A stretch of 64,000 nt of DNA from Podarcis liolepis (Eukaryota): the NCBI GenBank assembly GCA_965112155.1, contig OZ218104.1; one strand, given 5' to 3'. Positions 51,879 through 64,000 of this stretch are shown piece by piece. A program made the position numbers and the translations under genes. The number at the start of each line of letters is the position of its first letter. Position 1 is the first letter of the stretch. Under the pieces are notes generated by a model, which saw only the letters and a list, made by a program, of their open reading frames with translations, was not told the DNA's origin and did not search any database.

Positions 51879-53676
51879 ATAGCAAGACCAGCTACATATA
51901 TTATCAGGTAGTTTTCTTTTTTCCTTTTTGTTGTTGTTAGCACTGCTGCATCATGAAGCGTTGCAAGGTTTTCACCTAAGTCACAACTGAAGGTTGTTTA
52001 TTTCTAGCAGTTTTCAAGGAAAGCCTTTTCAAAATTTGTGCTTGGTACATTTTGACTCTGTCCTTGCAGGACTTTTAACAGGGAAGGCTCAGCAGCTGGT
52101 AGATGAGGGGCCAGGTCTGGACTTTTAATTCCTGTTTCGTAGGTCAACACTCCAGCCCCAATATATGACAAAGTGCTTCCATGTGCAAGAGGTCAGCCTG
52201 GCTCTGGTTGTAACTTTTCAAATCCGCTTGAAAGTTAGCTGCCACTAAGACTAGAGCAATGACACTAAATGCGTAGACTTAAATAGGCTGGGCCTGCACA
52301 ACATAAAGCCCACAGGGACAATGTGTAACTTCAGCTTTTGTAGCCTTCTAGGGCTTGCTCTCAAACCATTACATGTGGCCCATAAGCCACAAAGTGACTA
52401 AGTGAAGGATTTGCTTAAAGAGCTCATGTGCTGTTACAGTTGTTGCTAGAAGAAGTTCACAGGGTCAGAGGTCTGTCCCACAATTGCCGTGACATTGCAA
52501 CGGATGCTAATGAAAGTTCCACTTCCTTCTCCATATGCTGTCATGTATCTTTTAAATACATCACAAGTGTCTGCATTTTATTACCATGGATAGTTAATGT
52601 GGTATGAGTGCATGGGCAATTAATAGAACTCACAGTTGTTTGAGTTTGCAGTCTTGCTGTAGACTTAACTACGATTTTGGGTGCCCATTGCAAGCTAACT
52701 GCTTTTTGTGGAACTGAACTCTGAACTCCCTTGGTCCACAAACAATCACATACCACCCACATGTAATTTTGAACCTCCATGCTTGGTAGTTGGATCCTGA
52801 ATTTAGGAGGGAGAGCCCCATCCTTTTAGCAGCCTTTCCTGCCTTGGGCTATTCAGTGTGGCAAGAGCCCTCTCCACAAGTCTTGACACTGCTTGCTCAG
52901 GTTTCCCACTGGGTGTTCCCCTTATGTGTTGGGTACATTGCCAACACTCAAAGAATGTTAACTTGAGAACTGCACAGCTTTGCCAACTTTATTCCACCAG
53001 TGAAATTCAGCTTACTCTGTCTAGTCACTTTTGATTGGCTGCAGCAGAGCTTATTAAATCTGAGTGAACAGGAACTAGGCACTTGTAGAAAGAGGCCTCC
53101 TAATGCTACATATTCACAGAGCAGAATGCTCAGGTTTGAGGTATGCATTAATGCACCCAAGAAGGTATATCATGGTCAGCTTAGGGAACCTGGTTTGTGG
53201 GAAAGTGGCATTCGGCAAACTTTCCTGGACTGCATATTCATTGCAAGACAGGAAATGTAAGTACATTTACTGAGGAAGCATCTAGGGCAGGGACCCTAAC
53301 AAGTTCAAAATAAAAAAATGCGATAATGAGGCAATGATCAAAAACTTATAAAACTGGCATCTGAAAAGCATATTTAAACTTACAAGTCATTCTCAAGCAC
53401 TTGAGTAGTATGTGCACATAATATAACAAGGGGTACATGGCAGCTTGGTTTCATTGCTACTTCTGATGGAGTGGAATGGGACTAATTCTCATCTCTGTGT
53501 GTGTACTTCGGTGCTGATACCTAAATACACAGACCTCTTGCTGTGTGTGAAAGGTGTGTGCATGTGTGCATATGGCGATGGGCAGGAAGATACAGACAAT
53601 TTACCAGCAGATGTTTCAGAATTTCAGACTTGTTTTCTACTGATTGGTAATTTAGCATAAATTTGTGTTTCCCTAG

Positions 53677-56600
53677 GCGATGTCTGTTTCAGTCTGCGAA
53701 GGCCACCCGACATATACCAGCAAAACTACAAGGAAGCAACCTTGGAGCACCATGACCTCAAACTTGCCAGATTTACTCTCAGTCAAACATTCTATCATTT
53801 ATTACTAGGAAGTTGTGCTTTTTGATGTTTACTTCGGATTCTTCTGGATCCTTTTTGATTATCATTTTTATATTGTGACCGACAGTATGCCATACTTTTC
53901 ACAGTACTGATTTTTTTTTTACAGTTTTGCAATCCCCCACTCCACTTTTTGCATTTTTGCATTTCCTTTCCCACCACCTTTTCTGGATCTGTATTATGAA
54001 GTCAGAGGCCCACACAAAAAGAACATGTAGAGCTTATCGAAAGTGATTGCCTTTGATTGAACCTCATTGCCCTTCTTCCTTCTTTTCCTCCTCAAGCAGT
54101 TTGCATTCTCACATAACTTTGAACATGTTATAGTGTGGGGGTCTCAGTGACCTAGAAGTGACCCCTCTTGCCTGAGAAGTCAGGAAAACACTTGTGCAAT
54201 GCTTTGTCTTGGCTCTTGTGGATCTGAGATATATTCAGAATTTCCTAATCACAGCTATTTTATATATGCCAGGCGCAAATGTGCCTGCCCTCTTTTCCTC
54301 TGGATTTCCCTTGCTTTTTGTTGGTTTGTCAGCCCCTTAGATGCTTGAATATAGCAGGGGGTTGTGGTATTTGCACAGGTATTTCAGTAGTAGTCTAGAT
54401 TCAGAAATGATGGAAATTGCTTCACCTTTTATACTGTGAATTCTAGAGGTTTTAATCAATTGTGACAAGGCACCATGTTTTTCCAGCTCTCTCCTTTTTT
54501 CTTCTTTGCACTCCTTGGAATACTAAATCTCTTGTAAATTCACTCTCCTATTTCCCCCCTCTTTTTGTTCTCCCTTAAATTAAGCCTATTAGAATTGTGT
54601 GTTTAAGAGGTGTGGGCTCTACACACTATGAAATAGGCTGTAATTTATAACAATAGGATGGGGTGTTCATTTATTTTCTTTTTTCTCCTTCCCAATTGTT
54701 TGTGTTTTGAGTTTTTGTGGTTTTGGTAGCATAGTTTTAAAATCATTGGTTTTTAAAGCACTATTTAAACTTGGCACACTGGTAACATATCACAGGAAGG
54801 GATAAATGAAGCACAAGTCATCCCTTAGAGACAATCCAGCATTCCTAAATCTGTATTCTTTAAGCAGGCAATTACAAAGGCATCATCAGTATTGTAGATT
54901 GTTTCCAATGATTGCTGTTAAAAACTAAGCCTGTACATGTTGCAAGTCACTTAATGCTCCTTATAAGACAATATAATAATTTGCAGTTCTTCTTGTGCAC
55001 AGTCCCTAGAGCATACTACTGTTGCACCTCCTTCCTTTGAGTCATTGAGGTCGTACAAAACTTATTGCATAAGGCTGCTGAAATGAATGGTGGAGGCTGC
55101 ATTGCTACCATGCTAAATGAAACAACAAACCCCAGGATTGGCTGCAGTTCTCAGGATCTTAACCTAGGTGTGTTCTGGTTGGCTATCACTAGAGAATGTT
55201 GAATGCCATAAAAAAAAAATCCAAATCAGAACAAGAGCAGATTTAAGTTAGTTTTTCTCTGTGTGGGTTTGTTTCTACCCAAAGTAACTTTTTCTTCTTA
55301 TGACTTTAAAAGTACACTTTTAAAACAAATCTCGTGAAAGGTAGTTGGTATCAGTACTCTTAACTGGGAAGCAGTTTCATTTCCTTTAAATGTTTTCCCC
55401 ATGTAGGAAGAATGAGAGGATTCCAAATTGGGATGCAACATGTTCTTCACAAATAAGATGAACTTCCTCTCCATGCTTAGTTGAAAGATTTCCTTGGCAA
55501 CACTAAAAACTGCAGGCTTGTTCTTTCCTTCCAGCAGCATGTAAAAGTTCTGTAGAATTATGAGTGATATTTTTTCTGAGAGGCATGAAGTTGAAATTCT
55601 TTTGAGTGTACCATCTAATAGCTGAGGGGTGGGATGAGGGCTGATTCTAGCATTTAAGTGAAGAGGAATGCCTTCTGCTGTTTAAAGAAAACAAGAACAC
55701 ACATTGAAAAGAATCTGATTTCAGTGAAAACGAGCAGTTGTGTGGAAGCTATATTATCATACCGCATGTCTACTTTCCCCCTCAGTTTTGAGTAGGTTTC
55801 AGTTAGGGAGTTAATACAGTCTTATTTAGAGTTCGAAAGCATTATGGACATATAAGAGTTTAGCACTGCTCAATCAGCTTTACTCCAATGTGCTCTGGGG
55901 TCCCGTCAGCCACAACAAGCCTTCAGTGGTTGTCATCTGATGCACTTACCTGTGTGTAAAGCCCAACTAGAAACAATAGATTCCTTCCAAGTGAACAAAC
56001 TCGAGCTGTAACACTATTTGTGGGTTTCTATATGCCCTTCTCTTTACAAATAGAACTAATGGGCTACCTTCCTAAAAATCTTAGACTGAACTTTTAAAAA
56101 TAAAAAATCAACCCATAGCACTTAAAAATGTATTTATTGTGGAAGACAATTTTGGTTGTGTCGCTTTCTCTAGTGCATAATTCTTCTGCAGCTTCCTTTT
56201 CCTCTGCTATTAAAAGCTTTAAACACCAGCTATAAAATAGTTCCTTAATTCTAAAGAAGGCTTCTTTATCAAATCTCAAACCTTACTACAAGTGCAGCAC
56301 TGTTACACATTTATTAATAGAATTATTGCTTTTTCAGTATGTTATTTGAAGGTATGTCTTGTCCTTCCTTGAGCTGTCACTCAGCATGATTTTTAACTTT
56401 TTGTATCCTGTGGCTAACTAGCTGGTGAAGTCCTGTTCTATTTTAAAACTCTACTTTCAGACACTTCTTTTGCATGAAGTTTGGATTTCCCATTAAACAG
56501 GAATTTACTCTTATCTAATCAAGGGCATGCTTCTCAGATTGTCCCTTCTCCTGACCACTGACCTACCTATTGCTTTTCCAGTTTAAGAGCTCACCACCCC

Positions 56601-58745
56601 TTGTGTGCAGGAACCTCATCCAGCAGACACATTGCCCCTCCCCACCAGTTTTGCGCATAGGGTGTGTTTAAGTGGGGGTGATTCCGACTTTCCATGCACC
56701 CCAATGCTCTCCTGTCCTATATGGACATCTGATGTTAGCTTCTTTTGCACATTCCCGTCTTCCCCTTCAGGGTGTAAATATTTGGCATTGCTTAAAAATC
56801 CACTCACATCTCAATCATTCAGAATCACAAGGGAAGAAAGCAAGTGTGAGAAACAATCTTGGGAGGAGACAATAGAAATGCAACTGGGCAGACATAACTC
56901 TGAAGGTAAATTACTAAGTAAATAACTCATTGAGGGAGACCCAAGTTTCTTTTTGAAATAGTTTTTTAATCCATCACAGACCCTCTTGGCAAAAGTCTAA
57001 GGCATTTAGAACTAACAGCCTTAGGTGATGGAAGTTGGTCTTGCTTTGTCTGATGAGTAGTAAGCTTTCCGTCTCCAACAGAAGATGCCCTACCTTCCTT
57101 TAGGTTCATTCAAGACTTTCTGTACTCTGCACAAAACAGAAGAAAAAAGTCTGCACTGAAGTAACCCAATTCTGCGGCAAGAAATGCTGAATTCTGCTAC
57201 TTGTATAAAGTATGCAAATCAAGCACATTCATATTACCTTTGTGCCATGTATTTTGCTATTTACTCCCACACTATATCATTTCTGCTTCTGATCATTGTA
57301 GGGAGAGAAGCACAATGCTTTTACAAAGTACTCCCTTCTTTAATGACTAGAAAACCTATTCAATGATTCTCCCGGTTTCTAGATTTCAGCAGACATTACC
57401 CATACACTTGTAAACTTAGTGTTAATAAGTCCAGAAGCTTGCTTAAAAAAAACAACACCTTATTATTGGGCTTCTTAGAAAGCTAAATCACAACATCCCC
57501 CCCCCCCAGCCTTCAATATGCTCCCTTTGCTATAGGGAAAACTTTTCCTTAGCATCTGGGCTTAAAAATAGCCACTGACATGGTTACCTGTGGTAAGGAA
57601 GAAACACCTGGCTACCAGGCAGAGAGTACCCTTTGTCAATAGACAAAGTTGGTTCTTATCCATTTCAGGCTGCTTATGTGCCATAAGTAACCCACATATG
57701 CATGGGCAGACAGACCAGTGGAAACAAAACCAATTTCTTTTGAACTATTTGCTGAGCTGGCTTACCTTTTCAAGTTTGGTGCTGTGAAGGCCACTTAGAA
57801 CCAGGATGGTGAACTGGTGGCCCTCTAGATGTTGTTGGACTCCAACTCCTATCAGCCTCAGCCAGCATAGCCAGTGCTCCTGGGAATGATAGTCCAGCAA
57901 CTTCTCAAGGGCCACAGGTTCTGTATTCCTCACTTAGGACTAAGATACCAGAGATGCATCCCTCTGATTTATCTGCCACCAACATGGGGAATTGCTGTTT
58001 CTTGTAAGTGAGCTGCCGGCACCCTCAAATCCACCACCATCACATTAATTGCCTGTAGAATAAATTTGGTTTCTAGAGGTCTTCGGAATTCCTGGGGGCC
58101 AGTGCTACCATTAGGGCAGTAAATGAAATATGGTCTATTTATTTATAATGCTGAGATGGCAATATGTTCCCAGTAACTTCCTCCCTCATCTATGAGATTA
58201 TCCGGAAACTGTCTTAACTGTATAGTAAATGAAAGCTATTTATGTATGAATGTGTGTACAGAAGGAAGGGCAGCAGGATGGTAATCTATACTGACCAAAC
58301 TGGGAATAAAAATTGCAGCTTCACTTGCCAGACAGAAGTGGGCAGCCAGCTATTAAAATTTTTCTGGGTTTTATTTGGGGGAGTGTTCATAAACTGTGCT
58401 TTGCCATTTTCCTATAATGGACAATTAAATATTTGTGTTCTGACGGGGTTTTTGTTGTTTTTTTACACATTCAGTCACAAATTATTTCACTGCAGATATG
58501 AAGGAGCTTTGTAAAAATTTTAAGACAATGGTGAATTGTATAGAATAGCCGATTATTACTTTCTTTGGGGGTGGGAGATAGGAACAGACGGGGTGGGGAA
58601 GCAAATCTTTATAGCTTAAGTAGCTGTTATTTTGAACTTTTGTAGTCAAAGGGAAAGTAGATGTAGCATTTAGACGTGTTCAATCTTGCTACTTGTATTG
58701 CATTTTTTCAATAAATTTTCAAATAAAAGATGGCATTTCTGATTC
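53677..58745 (+). other. EPB41: Probable EPB41 non-coding last exon (3' UTR)
   Basis: tttgtgtttccctag| acceptor after the exon 21 donor; U-rich, repeat-poor sequence; paired AATAAA at 58710 and 58722. Both boundaries are inferred. Confidence 0.55.
58710..58727 (+). terminator. Tandem polyadenylation signals
   Basis: AATAAA at 58710-58715 and 58722-58727, upstream TGTA elements, U-rich downstream. Confidence 0.55.
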
Positions 58746-60140
58746 TCCTTTGAAGCTCTACTTTTCCAGCACATTCTGAACTCATATATTGTTGCATCTT
58801 AATTATTTTATCTGCACATACAGCTTGAGCAGGGGTGTTTGTTGATAGCACTGATATCTCCAATTTCTTGGTCAGCATGGTAGATTTAAGATCTTTCATG
58901 GTATAATATATTTATGTTTTAAAATAAATGTTGCTTGGAGACATTTTAGGTAACAAGCAACTAATAATTTTATAAATAATAATAAATAAATGAGTGGTAC
59001 CAGTGCATGATGCCACAGGTCATACAGTAGTATCCATCATCCTTTCTGCAGCTGCATAATAACATGAGAAACCTGCTGCTGGATTCGTCCAAAGGCCCAT
59101 CTTGTCCAGCATTCTGTTCCCACAGTGGTCAACCAGATGACACGGGCAAGCTTGCAAGCGGAGCCTGAGCGCAACAGTGCTCTCCCAGTTGCTGCAGTTG
59201 AAAATGATTGCTTTAAGAATCTCACTCCCTTTAGCAATCACCCTGTTGAATGATGTTGTCTGCGCGGACATCAGATTTCATGCACGACCCTGAATGCTGC
59301 AGATTGATTCAATGTTGTACACAGCAGGGCCACCTGGGGGAGCACACTGCAAAGTTTGGGATCTATCAAACAGGATTCTCTGGTTCCTTGCAAACCTGGG
59401 AAAGTGCACACATCTCCTCTCCATAGTGTAAAGGGCTCCTCTTGGAGAGCTAAAGCACACCACAATCTAGAGAAACTTCTGTTTTGAAATCTTTGTTTCC
59501 ACATTTTGTCTCTTAACTTTTTGGTGATGCTTTTGTCAGGTTTTTTTCTCCTAGATTCAAGGGAACAGTTTTTAATGCAGCCTGCAAATTATCCTCAGCG
59601 TCTGGGAGAAATCTACATGGTTCACTGAAGCTACCAAGCACCTGACTCTGAAGCCATCTTTTCTCCCCCTGAACTCAGCAATGTTAATGTTTCTCCTTCA
59701 TCTCAGCAGGACAGATGTCAAAGAATTCTGAAAGAAACAGGGACTGCCAATGTGTGCTTATTTGTCCCATGTCTGGAATGAAAATCAATTCATGCAAATG
59801 GTTTCCCTTGCATTGAAAGGATTGTGGTGAAATAAAGTATTAGCAACACAAAGTAATAATTATGTAAAATGTTTAAGGTATGCAGTTTTGGCATAGCGGA
59901 CAGATAATAGCTTTGGGCAGAAGGTGAACTGCAGCTGAATGGAAATATTGCTGCATGCGATGAATGCAGGATGGAAAAGAAAACAACGCCTTCTTACATC
60001 TGTACTGAGCAGTGAGTCCAGTCAGACTGAAGTTTTGTCATCCAATGAGTCTAGTGTAGGGCAGCCATGTGACTTATGTTATGGTGGTTAGGACCTCTAC
60101 TTGAAGGGCTGTTTGGTCCAATTCTAGTTTTTAAATGTAA

Positions 60141-60432
60141 GGTGGCGCTGTGGTCTAAACCACTGAGCCTAGGGCTTGCTGATCAGAAGATCCACGGTTC
60201 GAATCCCCGTGATGGGGTGAGCTCCCATTGCTTGGTCCCAGCTCCTGCCAACCTAGCAATTTGAAAGCACATCAAAGTGCAAGTAGCGGCTTAGTCATGC
60301 TGGCCACATGACCCGGAAGCTGTCTGCAGACAAATGCCACCTCCCTCGGCCAATAGAGCAAGATGAGCGCTGCAACCCCAGAGTCGTCCACGACTGGACT
60401 TAACGGTCAGGGGTACCTTTACCTTTACCTTA
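60141..60432 (+). mobile_element. Sauria SINE with internal deletion
   Basis: GGTGGCGCTGTGG head, B-box-like GGTTCGAATCC, (ACCTTT)n tail; lacks a central segment present in 62511-62860. Confidence 0.9.
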
Positions 60433-60835
60433 AACTTCAGGGAGATCTGAAGGGGCCTCAAAGTTACCTGGTCACAGTTTTCCCCATTATAGTGAGATGT
60501 ACTCAATAAAATTAGAGCAATTATGTCTACATTTGCATCTTTTCAAATGAATTAGCACTTTATCCTCTTTTGTCCTCTTTATTGGAGATGGTTTAGTTGA
60601 CCACCATATTCTTGAGACTGTGCAAGGTTAAGGGAGATCCTTTTGGGTATCATTCTGTGTGCATCTCAGTCTTGGAATGGGCAGTATTGGTGAAACTGGC
60701 AAGACACAATTACTACTGTGGCATAGCCAGCCCCACATAACCAACATGCATGCATCTAATTAATGCATGAAGGGGTTAAAACCGTAGAGAAAGCTGTTCT
60801 GCCAGATTTAGCTCACCTTGGGAGGGATGAGGTAA

Positions 60836-62500
60836 CACAGCACAACAAATGTTGACAAAAATCATGCCTCTGTAGATTTTGAGGTGCCGAATATGACACT
60901 GAAAACACAAAATTGGCTACTCATTCTTAGAGATCTGCAATAGTTTATTGTATAATCGAGGATTACATACATACATCATGTACTGTAAAAGCCAAGCCAA
61001 GTTTGCAGTCATGTTTGTAATACAGAGACATGTCCTCATCCGGTTCCTTCCAGTTTTCTGTCCTGACATTCCCAAGGAAGTTAGTTGACACCAGACCAAG
61101 CTTTTTTCCTCGTCATTCTGAAGCAGGTTGTTGAACATCTCATCTTTGAGGAGCTTGTTGATCTGATCCACAAAAACTCCGTTTTTAATTTTCACTTTGC
61201 TGAGTCAAGGGAACTTGTCAGCCAGGTATTTGAAAGCTGGTCCAGTTTGGTCCACTGATTTTAAAAAAGTTTTTCACCAGACTGAAAAAAGTTTTTCACC
61301 AGATTTTAAAAAAGGTTTTCACCAGGCTTACCTGGCTACAAGCTGGGGGTGGAGCAAGGCTCAGTAAAGAGCTGATTCACTTCGGCCAGGATCACTTGTT
61401 TTTCTTGCCAGGCCAGGTTCTTCTCTGGACTTCCTCAGGTTAGTTCCTCTGTGGGGTTTGGGGCTGCAGTGCGCCCTGCTATGCCTCTTGCAGGCGGCAC
61501 CTCTTCTACAGCTTTGGGGGTGGGATGGGGGCCCTCTCTCCGGCAGCAGAGGCCTCAGCGCTGCTCTGCAGCCAGCCAGCCGAGCTCTGGGCTGCTGTCA
61601 AGGCCTCTGTTCATATCTAGATTCTAGAGGAATGTTCACAAGTCGAAGCACCTACTGGAATCGTACGTAAGTAGAGCCATACGTAAGTCGAGGTTCCACC
61701 GTACTTCATATATTCCAGCTGCACAAAGTCACCACAGAGATGCCAGCCTTACTTGCTGTATTGAATACAGCCGTAACAGCTGTTTTTAGGTTGCTGTGGG
61801 TTCCATGTAGACAGTGTGTCTGACTGGGATGGAGGGAGGTCTGTTTCCATTATGCAGCAACACCGCCTTGACTCTGGAGACTCAATTTTGAGGAGTCTAT
61901 GAATAGTCACCATTCTTGTGGGTCATGTGTGATTCCGAGGACATTCATCAGGCCATCTACATCATAGCAGAATACAAGGCCATCTTACACTCTGAAGTAA
62001 GGTGTAGGCTGCTCAGAACGAGCGTGAAACGAAGCCGCTCAGACATTTTCCTTGACGATTCCATTGCTGAAGTCTTGATCCCGGTAACTCCGCTTTGCCC
62101 TTGGACAGTTCCAGATTGCGAACAAGATTGCTCGGTAGTTCTTGTGTAAGAATGTGTGGTAGATGTATGGATCATCATTAGACACCAAAGGCTGCAGAGA
62201 ACCCGACGTCAGTTTGCCTCCCTTGTCTGAACCTATGGAAAATTCTTTCGGAGGTTCAGGAACAGAAAGTCCTCCAACTTTTCGGAGTTGATTGGAGAAC
62301 AGATGGTATATTCGGGTACGCTCATGATTGATGGAGATGGATTGAGGATTAACTAAATTAAAATGTAAACCTCCTGTCCCACGTGTGTGAGAAATATGAG
62401 AGTAAACAGGCTGTGAAGGGCTGTAAACGCCTATTAAAAACTGCACATGATAATACTGTGCTAAAAAAGGCATTCCCCTTTTCTCTCACATAGGAGAGAA
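60836..62500 (-). mobile_element. Decayed Chapaev (CMC superfamily) DNA transposon with transposase pseudogene
   Basis: Minus-strand frames give GLSVPEPP, PHILTQELPSNLVRNLELSKGKAELPGSRLQQWN, FCYDVDGLMNVLGITHDPQEW*LFIDSSKLSL/KAVLLHNGNRPPSIPV, GWHLCGDF and GPAFKYLADKFP*LSKVKIKNGVFV; candidate terminus taa|CACAGCACAACAAAT at 60836. Confidence 0.82.
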
Positions 62501-62510
62501 TGCCTCTTTT

Positions 62511-62860
62511 GGTGGCGCTGTGGGTTAAACCACAGAGCCTAGGGCTTGCCGATCAGGAGGTTGGCGGTTTGAATCCCTGCGATGGGGTGAGTTCCTGTTG
62601 CTCGGTCCCTGCTCCTGCCCACCTAGCAGTTCGAAAGCTTGTCAACGTGCAAGTAGATAAATAGGTACCGCTCTGGCGGGAAGGTAACCGCTGTTTCCAT
62701 GCACTGCTCTGGTTCGCCAGAAGTGGCTTAGTCATGCTGGCCACATGACCTGGAAGCTGTACACTGGCTCCCTCGGCCAATAAAGCAAGATGAGCGCTGC
62801 AACCCCAGAGTCGGCCACAACTGGACCTAATGGTCAGGGGTCCCTTTACCTTTTTTTACC
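62511..62860 (+). mobile_element. Near full-length Sauria SINE
   Basis: GGTGGCGCTGTGGGTTAAACC head, GCAAGTAGATAAATAGGTACC core, CCTTTACCTTT tail. Confidence 0.92.
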
Positions 62861-64000
62861 AAATACATCTGTCAGGTATGGCTGTTGGATGCTATCAGGA
62901 TGAAAAGGTTTTTATCACCTGTGACATAGGTGTGCCAAAAATTAGGGGTACTGCACTCTCCATTTCGTCTCTGTCATTTGTTGGCAATCTGACCATCTCT
63001 CTTATCTAGTCAGTGTATTTGTTATTTACCTTTTGTTGTTGTTTAAAAAGAAAAGATCGTTATAATGTCATTCAAATTAAATCTCGGTCGTATAAAGCAG
63101 AAATCTGGAGAAGAACGTCTTCGTTTTTGCCTCTCCCTTTTTGCCTATCTGTTGAAAAATTATATCTGTTGACAATTTTCTTTTGATGGGATTCAGCCAT
63201 AATAAGTTGTTCAGAGGCTCTTTAACAAAACCTTTTTTAAAAAATAGCCCCCCCCCAGTTTTTATAACATCAAATAATAGTACAAAATACAACGATGCAG
63301 TATAGAGCATGTAATTCACATCAAGATTGTTTACATATTTCATTGATCACTCTTTAAGAAAACTTTGTTCTAATTTGTGTATACAATGTCTTGTAGCTTG
63401 ATCAAGCCAGATAATCACATCAGACCATTGGCATAAAAATAAGCTCTTAAATCCAGGAAAGAAAATCCACCCTTTTCTCTAAGGGTACACATTATTTTTA
63501 ATTTAACTCTTGTTCTATTTTATTTTTACTATCCAGTATAAAGCCACTAATGTTTTGTTGCCATTTGTTCAGTTGGCCTCCCCCCACCCCCGTGCCTTCA
63601 TTCAGCATGTGCTGTAGTAAAAAAATAAAAAAAATTCTTGGAAGTATTTTCATTTTGAGAATGGCTGTTTTATCTAAAAAAGGAAGTTTCAGCTTTTTCC
63701 AGTCTTATCTTCTTTAATCCTAGATTCCATCCTAATTCAGCTTGTATAAATCTTTTTTTTATCTTAAAACACCATCGCCAAATAACTAGTGGCTTTGTTA
63801 TGAATTCAGTGTTCACAGTCCAGTAGTGTTTCTGTTTTATCTGCATTTATTAGATTTTAAAATTCTTTAGTTAGGCTGCAGTGATATAAAATGATGCAGG
63901 GGAATTGCACCTGTTGGTTTGGGCCAGTGGATCATGGCTGAAGACATAGAGCCTCGTGTCCTTTGACAGAGGTGACCCCCCCCCCTACATCACACTGTAG

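Noticed and set aside
62039-62473. 144-aa minus-strand ORF as a host gene exon
   Set aside because: Only part matches transposase (VPEPP) and the homology continues in other frames, so it is a pseudogenic transposon fragment
63077-63343. 88-aa minus-strand ORF
   Set aside because: No recognisable homology, weak acceptor, AT-rich; cannot be supported as coding
59000-64000. Neighbouring gene expected from recalled mammalian synteny (TMEM200B, minus strand)
   Set aside because: No recognisable coding sequence in this window; the minus-strand ORFs at 60.9-62.5 kb are transposase remnants

Overview
Eukaryotic genomic DNA from a squamate reptile, probably a lacertid lizard (Sauria SINEs, squamate MITEs and LINE tails). 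Most of the window is the 3' part of EPB41 (protein 4.1R) on the + strand. Conventional exons 7-21 (FERM C-terminal part, FERM-adjacent, U2, spectrin-actin-binding and C-terminal domains) have GT-AG sites and consistent phases. The alternative exons 14, 15, 16, 17A and a 17B-like exon are present, followed by a probable non-coding last exon ending near 58.7 kb. Exon numbers and human comparisons are from recall of mammalian 4.1R, not a database search. Beyond the canonical gene there are several unannotated-looking candidate exons: (i) three tandem, mutually homologous, frame-preserving Glu/Val/Lys-rich cassettes between exons 12 and 13, with RBFOX motifs nearby; (ii) an exon after 17A that could give 4.1R a C-terminal hydrophobic tail anchor; (iii) a duplicated stop-encoding micro-exon (DVSREK*) in intron 19, plus similar short stop exons after 17A; (iv) a candidate ATG-bearing exon for a FERM-less short isoform. 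The last ~3 kb hold a decayed Chapaev (CMC) transposase on the - strand with nested insertions. All novel exons are predictions from sequence alone and need RNA-seq or conservation support.
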